The notes under the pieces: model-generated
What the model saw: the letters and a program-made list of their open reading frames with translations, nothing else
The model's database searches: none
What the model was told of the DNA's origin: nothing
Shown here: positions 25,267 to 42,268 of the stretch, in pieces
How the letters are laid out: each line of letters begins with the position of its first letter
Position numbering within the stretch: position 1 is the first letter of the stretch
Origin: the human T2T-CHM13v2.0 reference genome, Homo sapiens
Strand: one strand, 5' to 3'
Assembly: GCF_009914755.1 (NCBI RefSeq)
Contig: NC_060926.1
DNA length: 64,000 bases
Program-made: the position numbers and the translations under genes

Positions 25267-26168
25267 GGAAAGGAAGGAGAAAAATTCAAATGTCCAAGAT
25301 TAAAAAAATACAAATTAGAGAGAAAAAAGATCCCACAGATATAAGCGTGGCCTTGAAATAAGAAATAAACCAATTTTAACACAGTAAAACCAATATTTAA
25401 AAGTGGGATCCAATAATACTTTTCAGAAATAAAAGATGTGAATCAACACATTGAAATGGCCCACTGTGTAACTAGGAAAATGTACCTCAAACAGTCATCT
25501 CTAAGATATTACATATCCAATTAAAATCAGCAATAAAAAAGAATGAGATCCTGTCATTTGCAACGTGGATGGACCTGAAAATCATTGTTAAGTAAAATAA
25601 GCCAGGCACAGAAAGACAAACATTACATGTTCTCACTTATTTGTGGGATCTAAAACTCAAAAAAAAAAAAAGAAAATAAATAAAACCTCTGTCCCTTCAT
25701 GTAAAAAAAAGACCAAATATTTTACAAAGGAAAGAAAAGCCAGGTTGGCATTGAACTTCTAAATAGCAACATTCAAATCTTGGCAACTTCAAAGCAACAT
25801 TTTAAAGATTTTTGATGAAAAAAGTATCTGACCTCAAATTTTTCTATTTAACCAAGACATTTTCTATGCAATAACTACAGAATACTGCCCTCAAGAGCTC
25901 ATTTTGAAGAATCTAGAGGACGAACTTCTTTCAATCAAGAGATGACTGGGGAAATTTGACCAAATTCAATTGCAGTATTGCATATAATTAATTATAAATC
26001 TAAGACTAAAACAAAGATGAGGCAAGCTTAAAAAAATACTTTGCAAATGTTATATATCCTAACAAAGAAAAAATAACACAACTTTATAAGTTAAAGCAAA
26101 CTGGAAACAGAGAAGAAAAAATAGAATAAGTCTATTGATTGCCACACAGAGAACTGACAAAACAGTAG

Positions 26169-26582
<414 letters not shown>

Positions 26583-27099
26583 TAATGGTATGGGAATTCT
26601 TGTTAAAGTGAATTCATGAAGATGTGCTCTCAAGAGAAATCTATTAAGAAGAAAGGGAAGCAAGATAGAGCAGAAGCAGCAGCTAAGCAAATATGTGGAT
26701 TCGTAAAAAGTCTAGCTTCAGTCCATCCATACCACAGGAAGTTCTACATCATGGACTGCACCACAGGGTTTGTCCCACCTAGAAACAAGAGTGCTGGGTT
26801 GTTATATATCAACATCAGTGAGTCACTGTCTGGTATTGGAGGCAGGGGTCATAATTTCAAGGCATCTCCCAACTAGGTGACTCCCATCCATCAAAGGCAA
26901 TCCTCCAAAGAAAGGTGAAGGTATGAACCAGTATTAGGCAAGACTTGGAGTAGCTGGAAGATAAGTGCACTGGCCCAGTTAAGGGAATTAGGTCCAGGCA
27001 CAAATATCAATTCCTATGCTTACCACTTAAAGGAAAAACATTTCAGATTGGATCACAAAGCAAAACTGAACTCTATGTTGTATACTCAAGAGACAACCT

Positions 27100-27160
27100 A
27101 ACACTGACACGAAGACAGATGAATAGACCAATAAAACGGAATAGAGAGCCAAGATACAAA

Positions 27161-27242
<82 letters not shown>

Positions 27243-28715
27243 CGTATATATGTATATTTTGGTCAACTGGTCTTCAGCAAGGGTACCAAAAATACACAAT
27301 GCAGAAAAAAAATAGTCTTTTCAGCAAAGAAAACTGGGAAAACTGGATATTCACACACAAAAAAAATGAAACTCGATCGCCTATCTTACACAAAAAAATC
27401 AACTCAAAATGAATTAAGGTTTTAAATGTAAGACCTAAAACTATAAAACTCCTAGAAGAAAACATAGGGGAAAAACTTTTTGACATTGGCTTTGGCAATG
27501 ATTTATTGCATAGACACAAGAAAAGCAAGCAACAAAAGCAAAAGTAGACAAGTGGAATTGCATCAAAGTAAAAAGCTTCTGCACAGCAAAGGAGACAATT
27601 AGCAGAGTGAAAAGGCAACCCATGGAATGGGAGAATATATACGCAATATATATTTCATAAGTGATTAATATTCAAAATTCATAAGGAACTCATAGAACTC
27701 AATAGCAAGGAAACAACCCAATTTTTAAAATGGGAAAAGGACTTGAATAGACATTTCTCCAAAGAAGATGTATGAGTGGCCGATAAGTATATGAAAAGAT
27801 TCTCAATATCACCAATCATCAGGAAAAGGCAAATCAAAACCCCAAAGAGATCGATATCATCTCATATCTGTTAGAGTGGCTATTATTACAAATATATATA
27901 AGTGATGCTGAGGATGTAGAGAAACTGGAACGCTTGTGAACTGTTAGCAAGAATGTAAAATGATGTAGCTACGATGGAAAACAGTATGGAGGTTCCTCAA
28001 AAAAAATAAAACTGCCATATGATCCAACAACCCCACTTCTGAGTATATATTCAAAAGAATTGAAATCAGGATTTCAAAGAGATACCTGTTCTCTCGTGTT
28101 CACTGCAGTGTTATTCACAATAGCCAAGATATGGAAAAAATCCAAATACTCATCAACAGATGAATAAAGAAAATCTGATATATTTATAAAATGGAAACTC
28201 AATCAGCCTTTAAGAAGGAAATCTTGTCATTTGCAAAAATGTGGATGAACCTGGAAAATATTTTGCTAAGTGAAGTTAAGCCAGTCACAGAGGGAAAAAT
28301 ATTGCATGATTCCACTTATATGAGGTAACTAAAATAGTCAAACTCATAAAAATGTTAAGTAGAATGGTGGCTTCCAGGGGTTGGAAGGAAGGGAAAATGG
28401 GGAGTTGCTGTTTAACAGGTATAAAGTTTCAGTTATGCAAGATGAATAAATTCTAAAGATCTATTGTTCAACATAGTGTCTATAGTTAATACTACTATAT
28501 TATGCACTGAAAAATTGTTAAAAGAGGATCTCATCTCAAGAGTTTTTACAACAACAATAATGAAGAAAAAGGAAAATTTAAAGGTGACTGATAATGTCTA
28601 TCACTTTTATTGTGAATGAAGCTTTCATAAGTATATTCATATGTCCAAATTCATCAAGTTGTAGCCATTAAATATGTAAAGTTTAACGATTACACCTAAA
28701 TAAAGCTATTTTTAA
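27100..28715 (+). mobile_element. L1MA/L1MB-like 3' segment containing a (TA)n(CA)n microsatellite (about 27164-27250)
   Basis: ORF2 C-terminal homology and an L1M 3'UTR (TATAAAGTTTCAGTTATGCAAGATGAATAAATTCT). Confidence 0.88.
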
Positions 28716-29256
28716 AGGAAACAACCTAAACCAAAATTATTTGAAAAGACTAAAATTAAAGAGATAGGCAAATGTATACAAGGCAAATGAAAAATACTAG
28801 AAACAGTGATTGCCATCTTGATATCACATAGTGAAACCTCAAAAACAAAACACTGTGTGAAATAATAAAGGCCATTTTAAAATTCAAGCAATGCATTACA
28901 GTAAAAATACAGTTAATAATATCTTTGTCCCAAATAATATAACAACCATATTTATAAAGGAGAAACTACAAGAAATTCAGGGAGAAATGGTCAGAAAAAC
29001 ATTAACAATAGGATACATTAACCATTCTCAGTTAAAAGCAGGTCAAATAGACAAAAAAAATAGTAAGGATATAGAAGATCTAAACAAAATAATTAGTAAA
29101 ATATAGATTAAAATGTATATTAAGCTCCCAAATACAACAATAGAGAATGTAATTTTTTTCAAGTGTACATGGAACATTCACAAAATTGACCATACATTAA
29201 GTTACAAAGAAAACCTCAATAAGTTTCATTTAAAAACAGAGACATACTAAAGGATA

Positions 29257-31215
29257 TGTGGCAGACATATTCTAATGATCCCTAATGATCCATGCCCTTG
29301 TACAATCCCCTCTTCGTGAGTATGGACAGAACCTACAATGTGCTTCTAGTCAACAGAATATGACTTGGGGATGGGATGTCACTCCCATGAGTATACTATG
29401 TTATGTAAGACTCCATATTAGCAGACTAGAGTGAGAGATTCTTCTGCTGGTGATATGGTTCAGAAGCATGTTTCCTCCAAATCTAATTTTGAAATGTGAT
29501 CCCCAGTGTTAGAGGTGGTGCCTAGTGGGAACTGTTTGGGTCATGTGGGTGGATCCCTCATGAATGCCTTGGTGCCCTCACGATGGTAATGAGTACATTC
29601 TCACTCTGTTAGTTCAGACAAGAGCTGGTTCTTTAAAGGAGGCTGGCACCTCCTCCTCTCTCTCTTGCTCCTTCTCTCACCATGTGACACGCAGGCTCCT
29701 CCTCTTTGCCTTCCACCATGATTGTAAGCTTCCTGAGGTCCTCTCCAGAAGCAGATGCTGGCACTACGCTTTGTGTACAGCCTACAGAACCATAAGTCAA
29801 ATAAAACACTTCTTTATCAATTACCCAGTCTTGGGTATTCCTTTATAGAAATGCAAACAGACTAACATAGCTGGCCTTGAAGTACACAGCCATGTATGAA
29901 TTGCCTATGGAGAAGATCATGTGTCAGGGAACTGTGCAACCTCCAGGACCTCCCACCAACAGCCAGTAAGAAACTGGGGACTGCCATCATACAGTCACAG
30001 TAAACAAATTCTACCAACAACCTGCAAGAGCTTGAAACAGATTCTTTTCTAGTTGAGCCTCCAGATGAGAATGCAACCCAGGTCACACCTTGCATGCAGC
30101 TTTGTGAGACTCTGAGTAGACGCTCCAGCTAAGCCATGTTTACATAGCCTCCTAACCCATAGAAACTGAGATAACATGTGCTGACTTTGTAATGAGGTAT
30201 TACAAAGCAACAGAAAACTAATACAGAAATAGGATGGTGCTATAACAAATACCTAAAAAGTTGGGAATGGCTTTAAAACTGGGCAGTACACAGAGGCAGA
30301 AAGAATTGAGTGGCATGATAGAGAACACTTAATTGCCTTGAACAGACTGTTAGTAGAAATCCAGACTTGAATCTGCTGGTGTGGACTCAGAACGAAGCGT
30401 AGAACATGTTATTTCAAACTAAAGGCACAATGATTCTTGCTATGTAAGGCATAGAGCTTAGTAAAATTATTCTTTGCATTTATGTGGAAAGCAAAACGAG
30501 CAAGTGGTGAAGTTCAGTTATATAGCTAAGATTTCTAAGCAAAATATTGAAGATTCTACCTGGTTCTTCTTGCTGCTTATAATAAAATTCAATATGAAAG
30601 GGATAAATTGAGACTTGAACTGTTAAACAAAAATGGACCAGAATTTGATGATTTTGAAATTTCTCAGCATCTTCAGACACTAAAATTAAGAGATTCAATA
30701 TCAGGAAAGCAAGCCCTAGAGAAAAGACCAAGAGTATGGTTATACAATCTTTTGCTAAAGCCTCAGAAGGAGCAAAAAAATTATATTACTCAGTCATGAG
30801 AGGACCCTTTCAAGAAATTAAAGCTGTGCCTCACAGATCTTCTCAATCAACCAGAAGCTTAAGTGTAGTCCCTTAGCCATCTCAGCAGAAGTCAAGAGAC
30901 AGAAGGGTTTATCTCAAAAAGATCTGTCAATATGGCTTTTGTAGAGTGGAATGAACCCCAGGGAAATCTACAGGAGATACACAAAGTTCTTACGGAAACT
31001 GTTTCAGCAGAAATACTACCGGCTTGAACAAAAAAGAAATAGAAAGAGTACAAAATACATAAAGACTGTCAGACTCCCAAAATTCTACTGGCAGTGGAAA
31101 GGCTGGGAAAACTACTCACCTGCATACTTGTGCTGGCTTTCATAAAAAGGAAGAGTGGCTCAGAAGGCAGAACCAAGAGCTAAAAGGACAGAGAGAGGGA
31201 GCTATAGAGAACTTT
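29257..31215 (+). mobile_element. MLT1(E/F-like) LTR (to about 30224) followed by MaLR internal sequence
   Basis: LTR from TGTGGCAGAC to GCAACAGAAAACTAATACA, then an MLT1-int-like start GCTATAACAAATACCTAAAAAG..GGAATGGCTTT. Confidence 0.75.
29451..29869 (+). mobile_element. MSTB-like MaLR solo LTR nested in MLT1
   Basis: TGATATGGTT...CCATGATTGTAAGCTTCCTGAGG...ACTAACATA; perfect 5-bp TSD GCTGG (29446-29450, 29870-29874). Confidence 0.88.
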
Positions 31216-31820
31216 TCCATTTTCCGTAGATTTGAAGTGTTTCAAAAAAAGTGTTGAGAAGAAAAAGAGAAATAGAGACAGGCTTAAGAGTCAACAATTA
31301 AATGTAATAGATTTGAATCCTGGTTTGAAAACAAACAACTGTTGAAGACATTTTTGAAATAATCAGGGAAAACTGCAGCTAGTATTACATGATATTAAAT
31401 AGTTATTTTAATCAGGTAGAATGTGCTAATTATATATGGTTATATATTAGAAAATATGTATATATGCATATAGATTTTATATGTGTATACATAATATATC
31501 CACAGAGTAAGAGAATAATAAAGCAAAAGTGGTTACATTTTAATTTTGTGTGAGTCTGGACAAAGGGATATGTAAATTCAGTGTACTACTATTCTTGCAA
31601 CTTTTCTGTAAGTCTGAAAATATTTCTAAATAAAAAGTCAAAAATAAACATATGCAGTGTTTTGCAATTATAAACTTAGAGGCTATTTTGTTTTCAAACC
31701 ACATGTAGATTTTGTGTCACGTTGAAAACTAAAATTTAAATTACAAAAAAGTAAATACTTCTGAAAAAAACGTTTGGAAGTAAATGGAACAAGAGTAGCA
31801 AATGTTGATAATTGAAGCTA

Positions 31821-32190
<370 letters not shown>

Positions 32191-33354
32191 AAAATTAAAA
32201 CATAAATTGTAGCTCAGAAGTTAGCAGCAGAAAACAATGTAATACACAGATCACCTGGAAATCAAAACAATGGCATCTCCCTCAAATGTTCTCTGTAAAC
32301 TGGTGTTATTGTCCCCATTTTACAAGTGAGCAGACTGAGAATTTAAGATGACAGGACCAAACTGCCTTGCTAGCTTGTGCTGTCAGTGGTAATCTAAGCT
32401 GCCACCAGCTTGATGCACTGCGATAATAAATACTCCACAGCCTGGCTGTCCAAGGTGAAAGTGGTAAAACAGCAGCTCATTGGAGGGGTTTTAAATGATT
32501 TGTCCAGCCACGCAGATACCCTGACAATCCAGAGGGGATTAAAAGCCCATCAAACCTAACGGGGTTACTCTTTTGGAGTAACCTCCCACGGTGACACGTT
32601 CTCACACTCCCCCTTACATCTTCTCTTACCCAGCCTGCTCCAATATCTGTGTGATCAAGATAGCCAGAGGCAGCTTGCCTTTTATAGACACTTTCCACAG
32701 GAGCAGCTGTGCCTTCCAGCTAATACAGAGGGTGGTTAACCAGAAAACAGAGGTAGCTGAATTTCTTATTGGTCTTGGCTCTGAGATACCAAACCAAAAT
32801 TAAACACGAACCAAAGTCTCTGGCCCCCACCCCATAAAATGTAGGTAACACATTTTCCTATAAGTGCAGAGTCACCGAGGTAGAGCATGACCTACCAAAG
32901 TCACCTACAGAGATTCAAAATATAAATGACCACACCTGAATCTTCTCTTTGTCCTCCCTAAGGCATAGGAGAGGCCCAGACATGTATATTGCACATTTAT
33001 AGGCCCCCAAAATAATTCTGAAATTTTCCACATATCAAAGTGGCCTCAATGGCTCTTGGAAAAAGTTCAGAATATAAGATGGAGGATATCATCCTGGGAT
33101 GAGCTGTGAAATTCCTGGTTGGAAAGTTTTAGAACCTCATCTATAATGGATTTGGTGATGGTTCCAAAGGCCATCTAAGAACCAGCACCAGGATGTCTGC
33201 GTAAGAATCACTCAGAACTTATCAAACTGCAAAATAATGGTAGGTAAGAGCTAGGAATCCGGATTTTAACTGACTTCCCAGGTGATTCTGATGTGCAGTC
33301 AGGTTTAGGACTATATGTATATAGTACTTAAAATACCATGTTGGAGCCCTTTAT

Positions 33355-34010
33355 GCGTTCACTCATTCATTCAACAAACAATTTACTGTGCACCAACTGT
33401 GTGCCAAGCACTAAAGATTAAATAATGAATACAACTGAATGTCTGCCCTTGAGAGGTTCACAAGTCTAATGAGGGACACCAATCCTTTTGACATGGACCT
33501 TATAACACAGTGTGGCAAGTGCCTTCACAGACTACGCGCAAATGGCTGTGGAGAGAAATTATTTAATTCTACCTAGCGAACCAAGAATGGGCTTCACAAA
33601 AAAGGTGACATTTGGGAGAAGCGAGGAGTTGCCAGTTGAAAAGGGAAAGGGAAGTTCCAGGTAGAGGTCCAGAGAATGAAAGCGCATGGCATGTCTGGTG
33701 ACAAGCATGGCCAGAGCAGAGGGAGTATGGGGAAAGTGCGCAATGGGCTGGCGGGGACAGGTGAGAACCAGATGGGGAAGGGTGTGGTTTCATGCTAAGG
33801 GGGTCATCTCTTGTTTTTAAGCATAACATGGTCAGATCTTTATTTTAGATAATTTTGGTGTCGTTGCGCACAGGAGAGAGATATAGACAAAAAAAAATTA
33901 ATTAGGATGATATGAAAAAGTGTCCATGACAGATGAGGAGGTCCTGAAATTGGAAAGTGGCCATGGGAATAGATTTGAAAGATATTCCATAGGTAGAATC
34001 TACAGAATAA
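33355..34010 (-). mobile_element. L2 LINE 3' fragment
   Basis: CATTCATTCAACAAACAATTTACTG...TGTGCCAAGCAC L2 terminus with a purine-rich continuation. Confidence 0.75.
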
Positions 34011-35536
34011 GTAAGTGTTGCTTGAAAAAAAAACCCACATATATATACACACACAAAAACAAGAACAACCAAAACAAACCTATTACAGAAAGATATCCTT
34101 TCTCAGTAGATCTTTCTCTCTTCTCTGCTTCATTCTCACATTATCCTGTCTTCTCACCCTGAAGAAAGGAAGTCAAGTTTCATTTGCCCTCAGTCCTCTC
34201 ACAATTTATGAAAAATGAAACCAAATTTCCACTGTCATAATCCTTTCAAATGAGCTCAGGAATGAAAACTGTCGATTGCTGTCTACTGAGATGGGAGGGC
34301 CCTTAAGTGATCCTCTTTAGCCCCACAACCTCCTCATTGTACACAATGAAGAAATGAGGCTCAGAAAAAAATATGTGAATTTCCATCATCACACAAATGG
34401 TTTTTAAAAAGTACATACTATATCTTCCGTTAGTACCATTTGAACTTTTCAAAAGGCATGACATTCACCCCCTGTGTAGTGTTCCTGTCTGCCTTTCTTT
34501 AAAGATTCTAAGGTAAGCTAAAATCTATTATTATCTCTGTTCGCTGTTCTTTTTGATAATCAAGAAATGCCATGGATTCTTTCACAATGAAAAGGAGTCC
34601 AATGGACATCTAGTGGTTCATTTAGATAACTGAATATTTCTTTAATAGTATTATCTATCATTGTATTTAATGGGTTAAATTTAATTAGCATATTGACTAA
34701 TTGCTTTAGATTAGTGATCTCAACACTTTCAGATCTAATGATCTCTTTTTGTAGCTATTTTGAATCACCCCCTTTTTCTATCCTGAAGTAAAATTCATGT
34801 AAAATACAATCTAGACACGTAATTGCAAAATTTCAATATAGTGCCCATTTATTTTCCTTTTACTTTTATAGAAAATAAAAGGAAATTAATTGCTAATAAA
34901 ATAATACATCTTTCATATTTAAGTACTTGGCATGGTCACACCTGAAAACACGATGAAGTAGTCAGATGCTTATACTTACATGTGGAATTTCTGTGAATAC
35001 AACACTTGCAAATGTAGACAGATACAAGTGTGTGAAGTCAACAACTACAATACTGTGTGATGTTGTTTTCTGAAATGGTGACCAACTTTTAGTAAAATTT
35101 AGAACAAAACAAAGTACATTCTTTCCCTTGTTTTATGCAGCATTGTATTTTTAGAAAATTACTAAAAATAATTTGTGACAGATGTAAAGCAGAATTGGAG
35201 TCTAGGTCCTGTTCACTGCAGTTTTTTCACTACAAGAATGTCTGCTAAGATACTGAAAGCCATAAGTATACTGAACCTTATATATAAAACAAGCATAAAG
35301 CTACTTTGAAAGGTGGAAAGAAGAAAAGGATACCAATTAAAGCCCTTGAAGCCTAAAGAATGACATGGTGGTAAGTTATCTGGGTTTTCCTTTTGCCTCA
35401 TATATCCCAGACTGGATGCTGGAGTAGCTGGCAACATGGAAATGCCAGTAAGTGCAGAAAATAAAGTCTCAACAAAAGCCTGCTCTCTCTAGCTAAAGGA
35501 CTGGGAAATGAGAAAGCTAGCAATCCATAAAACTTT

Positions 35537-35778
<242 letters not shown>

Positions 35779-36308
35779 GAATATAGCCATTTTACTGCAT
35801 TTAAACATCACAGAAAAAAACTATGATCCCACCTCAATTCATACCAGCAAAGGCCAAGTGGGGAGCCAAGACTTTCACTCTCACCAGACTATAATGAAGT
35901 ACCCCAAACCCTTCATGGGAGTAGTCAGGGAAATCCACACCAAAACAGATCTTGGTCAAAGGTCTGAAAACTAAAGACAAAAAACTCTTGAAAGCAGCAA
36001 GAGACAAATGACAACTTACCTGTAGAAGAAAAATAATTAAAATCACAGTGGATTTCTCATCAGAAACCATGGAAACCAAAAGAAAGTGACACAACATTTT
36101 TCAAGTTCTGAAAGAAAATAATTGTCAACCCAGAATGCTTTATGCAGCAAAAATATCCTTCAGAAATGAAGATCAAAAATTTCTCAAATGAAGGAAAATA
36201 AAGAGCATTTGTCACCAGCAGACCTACCCTAAAAGAATGACTAAAGTAAGTGTTATAAATAGAAAGGAAGTGGTTAAAGAAGTTTCTTAAAATATTAGAA
36301 AAATGGAA

Positions 36309-36608
36309 AGCTACTTGGGAGGCTAAGGCAGGGGAATCGCTTGAACCTGGGAGGTGGAGGTGTGAGTGGATATCGCACTACTGCACTCCAGCCTGGTGAC
36401 AAAGCAAGACTCTGTTGAAAGGAAGGAAGGAAGGGAGGAAGGAAGGAAGGAAGGAGAGAGAGAGAGGAGGAGAGGAGGGGAGGAGGGGTGGAGGGGGGAG
36501 GAAGGGAGGAAGGAAGGAAGGAAGGAACGAACGAATGAAAGGAAGGAAGGAAGGAAGGAAGGAAGGAAAGAAAGAAAAAGGAAGGAAGGAGAAGAAAGAA
36601 AAGAAAGA
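36309..36608 (+). mobile_element. Truncated Alu right arm with an expanded (GGAA)n/GA-rich tail
   Basis: Alu sequence at 36309-36417, then a purine tract; TSD-like AGAAAAATG(G/A)AAAG at 36297-36310 and 36609-36622. Confidence 0.88.
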
Positions 36609-37166
36609 AGAAAAATGAAAAGAACAAAGTAAGCAAATATATAGGTAGATATAATAGATTTTCCTTATCTTCTTGAGTCTTCTGAATTATGTTGACGGTT
36701 GGAGCAAAAAATGTAGTAATATTTAATATGGTCTTGAAAGTATGTAGAGAAAATATTTAAGACAATTTTGTTATAAATAGGGAAGGGAAAGGCACATAAA
36801 AAGAGGTAAGCCTCCTACACTTCATGTGAAACTTGTAAAATGATGACACCAACAGACATTTGTGTGTGTGATAAGATGCATGTGTGTGTTGGGGTGAGTG
36901 GCTATGAGGTAATACCTAAAGCAACTACTAAGACTCAAAACACTATAAACTAATAGACTCGAAACACTATTGGAAAATCAAAATGAAGTTTTACAAAATG
37001 TTCAAGCAGCCCACATTTTCAACAGGAAAAAGGGAAAAGAAAATTGAGAAATAAAAGAGAGAAAACACAGCAAAATATATAATGGCAGACTTAAACTTTA
37101 ATGTATCAATAATCATATTAAATGCAAATAATATGGTTTAAAATAAATGGTTAAAAATACATGGAA

Positions 37167-39186
<2,020 letters not shown>

Positions 39187-41888
39187 AGAAGAATGGAAAA
39201 AGATATATCACACAATCAAAAGAAAGTAGAAATGGCCATATTGGTATCAGATAAAGTCGATTTCAGAACAAAGAAAATTACCAGAGACAGGGAAACATCA
39301 TACAATGATAAAAGAATCAATCCACCAATAAAATGTAGTAATCTTAAATGTGTATGTACCAAACAATAGAGCTGCAAAATATGCAAAGCAAAAATTGATA
39401 GAACTGAAGGAGAAATAGACAAATCCACAATTATAGCAAGAGATTACAACACCCCTCTGTCACAACTGATAGAACAACTAGACAGAAAACCAGCAAGGAT
39501 ATAAAAACTCCGCAATCCATCAACCAACAGAATTTAGTCAGTGTTTATAGAACACTCTAGCCAACAACAGCAAAATATGCATTATTTTCAAGTGCCCATG
39601 GAATATATGCCAAGATTACCAGGTTACCCTGGGTCACAGACCAAATTTAACACAATTTATAAGAATTAAAATCATGTAGACTGTGTTCTCCAACCAAAAC
39701 GGAATCAAACTGGAAATGAATAACAGAAAGATAGCAGGAAAATCTCCATGCACTTGGAAACTAAATAACATTCTTTTAAATAATCATAGGGCAAAGAGGA
39801 ATTCTTCAAGGGAAATTTTTTAATACATTTAACTGAATGAAATAAAAATGCAGCATATCAAAATTTGTGGAATGCATTCAAGGCAGTACTGAGACAGAAA
39901 TGCACAGCACTAAATGCATGCATTAGATAGGAAAGATAATAGATCAATACTACAAGCTTTCACTTCAAGAATCTAGAAAAGAAAAACAGCAAAACAACCT
40001 CGAAGCAAGCAGAAAGAAGGAAATAATAAAGAGCAGAAATGAAATCTCCAGGCCCTGATGGCTTCACTGGAGAATTCTCCCAAACATTCATTTTAAAAAG
40101 AACTAAAACCAATTCACGCATTCTCTTCTAGAAAATAAAAAAGAACTGTTTCCAACTCATTTTATGAAGACACTATTACCCGAAAAACAAAACGAGACAA
40201 AGACTTTACAAAAAAGACAACTAAAGACCAATAACCCTCATGAATATAAAAGCAATAATTCATAATATTAGCAAGTAGAATTCGACAATATAATAAAAGA
40301 AGTACACACCATGATCAAGTGGGGCTTATTCTAGGGATGCAAGGTTGGTTCAGTATTCTAACATCAAAGACTGTAATCCACTATATTAACTGGCTAAAGA
40401 AGAAAAATCACAGGATCATATCAATCAGTACAGAAAAATACTGGACAGAATTCAACACCCATTTATGATTTTTAAAAAAACTCAAAAAAATAGGAATAAG
40501 AGAGAACATCCTCAACTTAACAAGGAACAAAACACCTACAGTAATATCATACTTTAGTAAAAGACTGAATGTCTTCTCTCTAAGATGAGGAATGAGGCAA
40601 AAAATATCCACCCTCACACTCTTATTCAACATAGTGCTGAAAGCTCTAGCCAACGCAATATGCCAGCAGATGAAAATAAAAGAAATAGATATCAGAAACA
40701 AAAAAATAAGACTGTTCCTATTTGCAGTAGACATAACTGTCTTTACAGAAAACCCCAAGGAATCTGCAAAAGAAAAACTCCTAGAATGTGAGTTCAGAAA
40801 GGTTGTAGGATATAAGACAAACATATAAAAATCAACTGTATTTCCACACAGTAGCAATGAATACATGAATATCAAAAATTAAAAATGCAATGTCACTTAA
40901 AATCACTCAAAAAATTGAATGCTTAGATGTAAAACATGTATTATAACTCGTATGTCAAAAACTATTCAATGCCAATTAAAGAAATCAATTATTTAAATAG
41001 AGAAACATATCATGTTCATGGACTGAAAGATCCAACATAGTAAAGATGTCAATTCTCCCCAAACTGACATACAGATTTGACCTAACTATCAAAAATCCAG
41101 CAAGACTGTTTTATAGATATGAACAAGAATATTCTAAAACGAATACATGGAAAGACAAAAGAACTAGAATAGCTAAAATAAAAATAAAGTGATAGGAATC
41201 TGTCTTATTTTCAAGACTTATAATATTGCTACCATAATCAAGACTCTGTGGTACTGGTGGAAGGAGAGACATATAGATCAATGGGACAGAATAAAGACTG
41301 CAGAAATAGAACCACGCAAATATACCCAACTCATTTTTGACAAAGGAACAAAAGCAATTCAATAAAGAAAAGACAGCCTTTTCAGCAAATGGTGCTGGAA
41401 GAATTGGACATCTATAGGCCAAAAAAAGATCCTTGACCTAATCCTCACATCTTATACTGACTCAAAATGGAACAAAGACCCTTAAATATAAACCATAAAA
41501 CTATAAAACTTTTAGAAAATAAAACTTGGGAGAAAATCTTCAGGATCCAGGGATAGGCAAAGAATGTTTAGACTTGTCACCAAAAGCATGATCCATTAAA
41601 GGAAAAAATGATAAATTGGACTTCATCAAAATTTAAAATTTGCTCTGCGAAAGACTGTTGCTGAGGGGATGAAAAGACAAGCTACGTAATGGGAGAAAAT
41701 ATTTGCAAACCATAATCAAACCAATAGTCAACAAACGACTGTTATCTAGAATGTGAAAAGAACTCTCAAAATGTGACAATTAAGAAACATCAGATAAGAA
41801 AATGAGAAAATTACATAGACATTTCATCAAAAAGGATATACAGATGACAAATAAGCACATAAAAATATTTTCACATCAGTAGCCATTA

Positions 41889-42268
<380 letters not shown>

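Noticed and set aside
34603-34618. Second CTCF-like motif (GGACATCTAGTGG)
   Set aside because: It mismatches the core GGC positions and is too weak to call.
36295-36636. Charged or low-complexity ORFs (RKEG repeats)
   Set aside because: They are translations of the GGAA tract.
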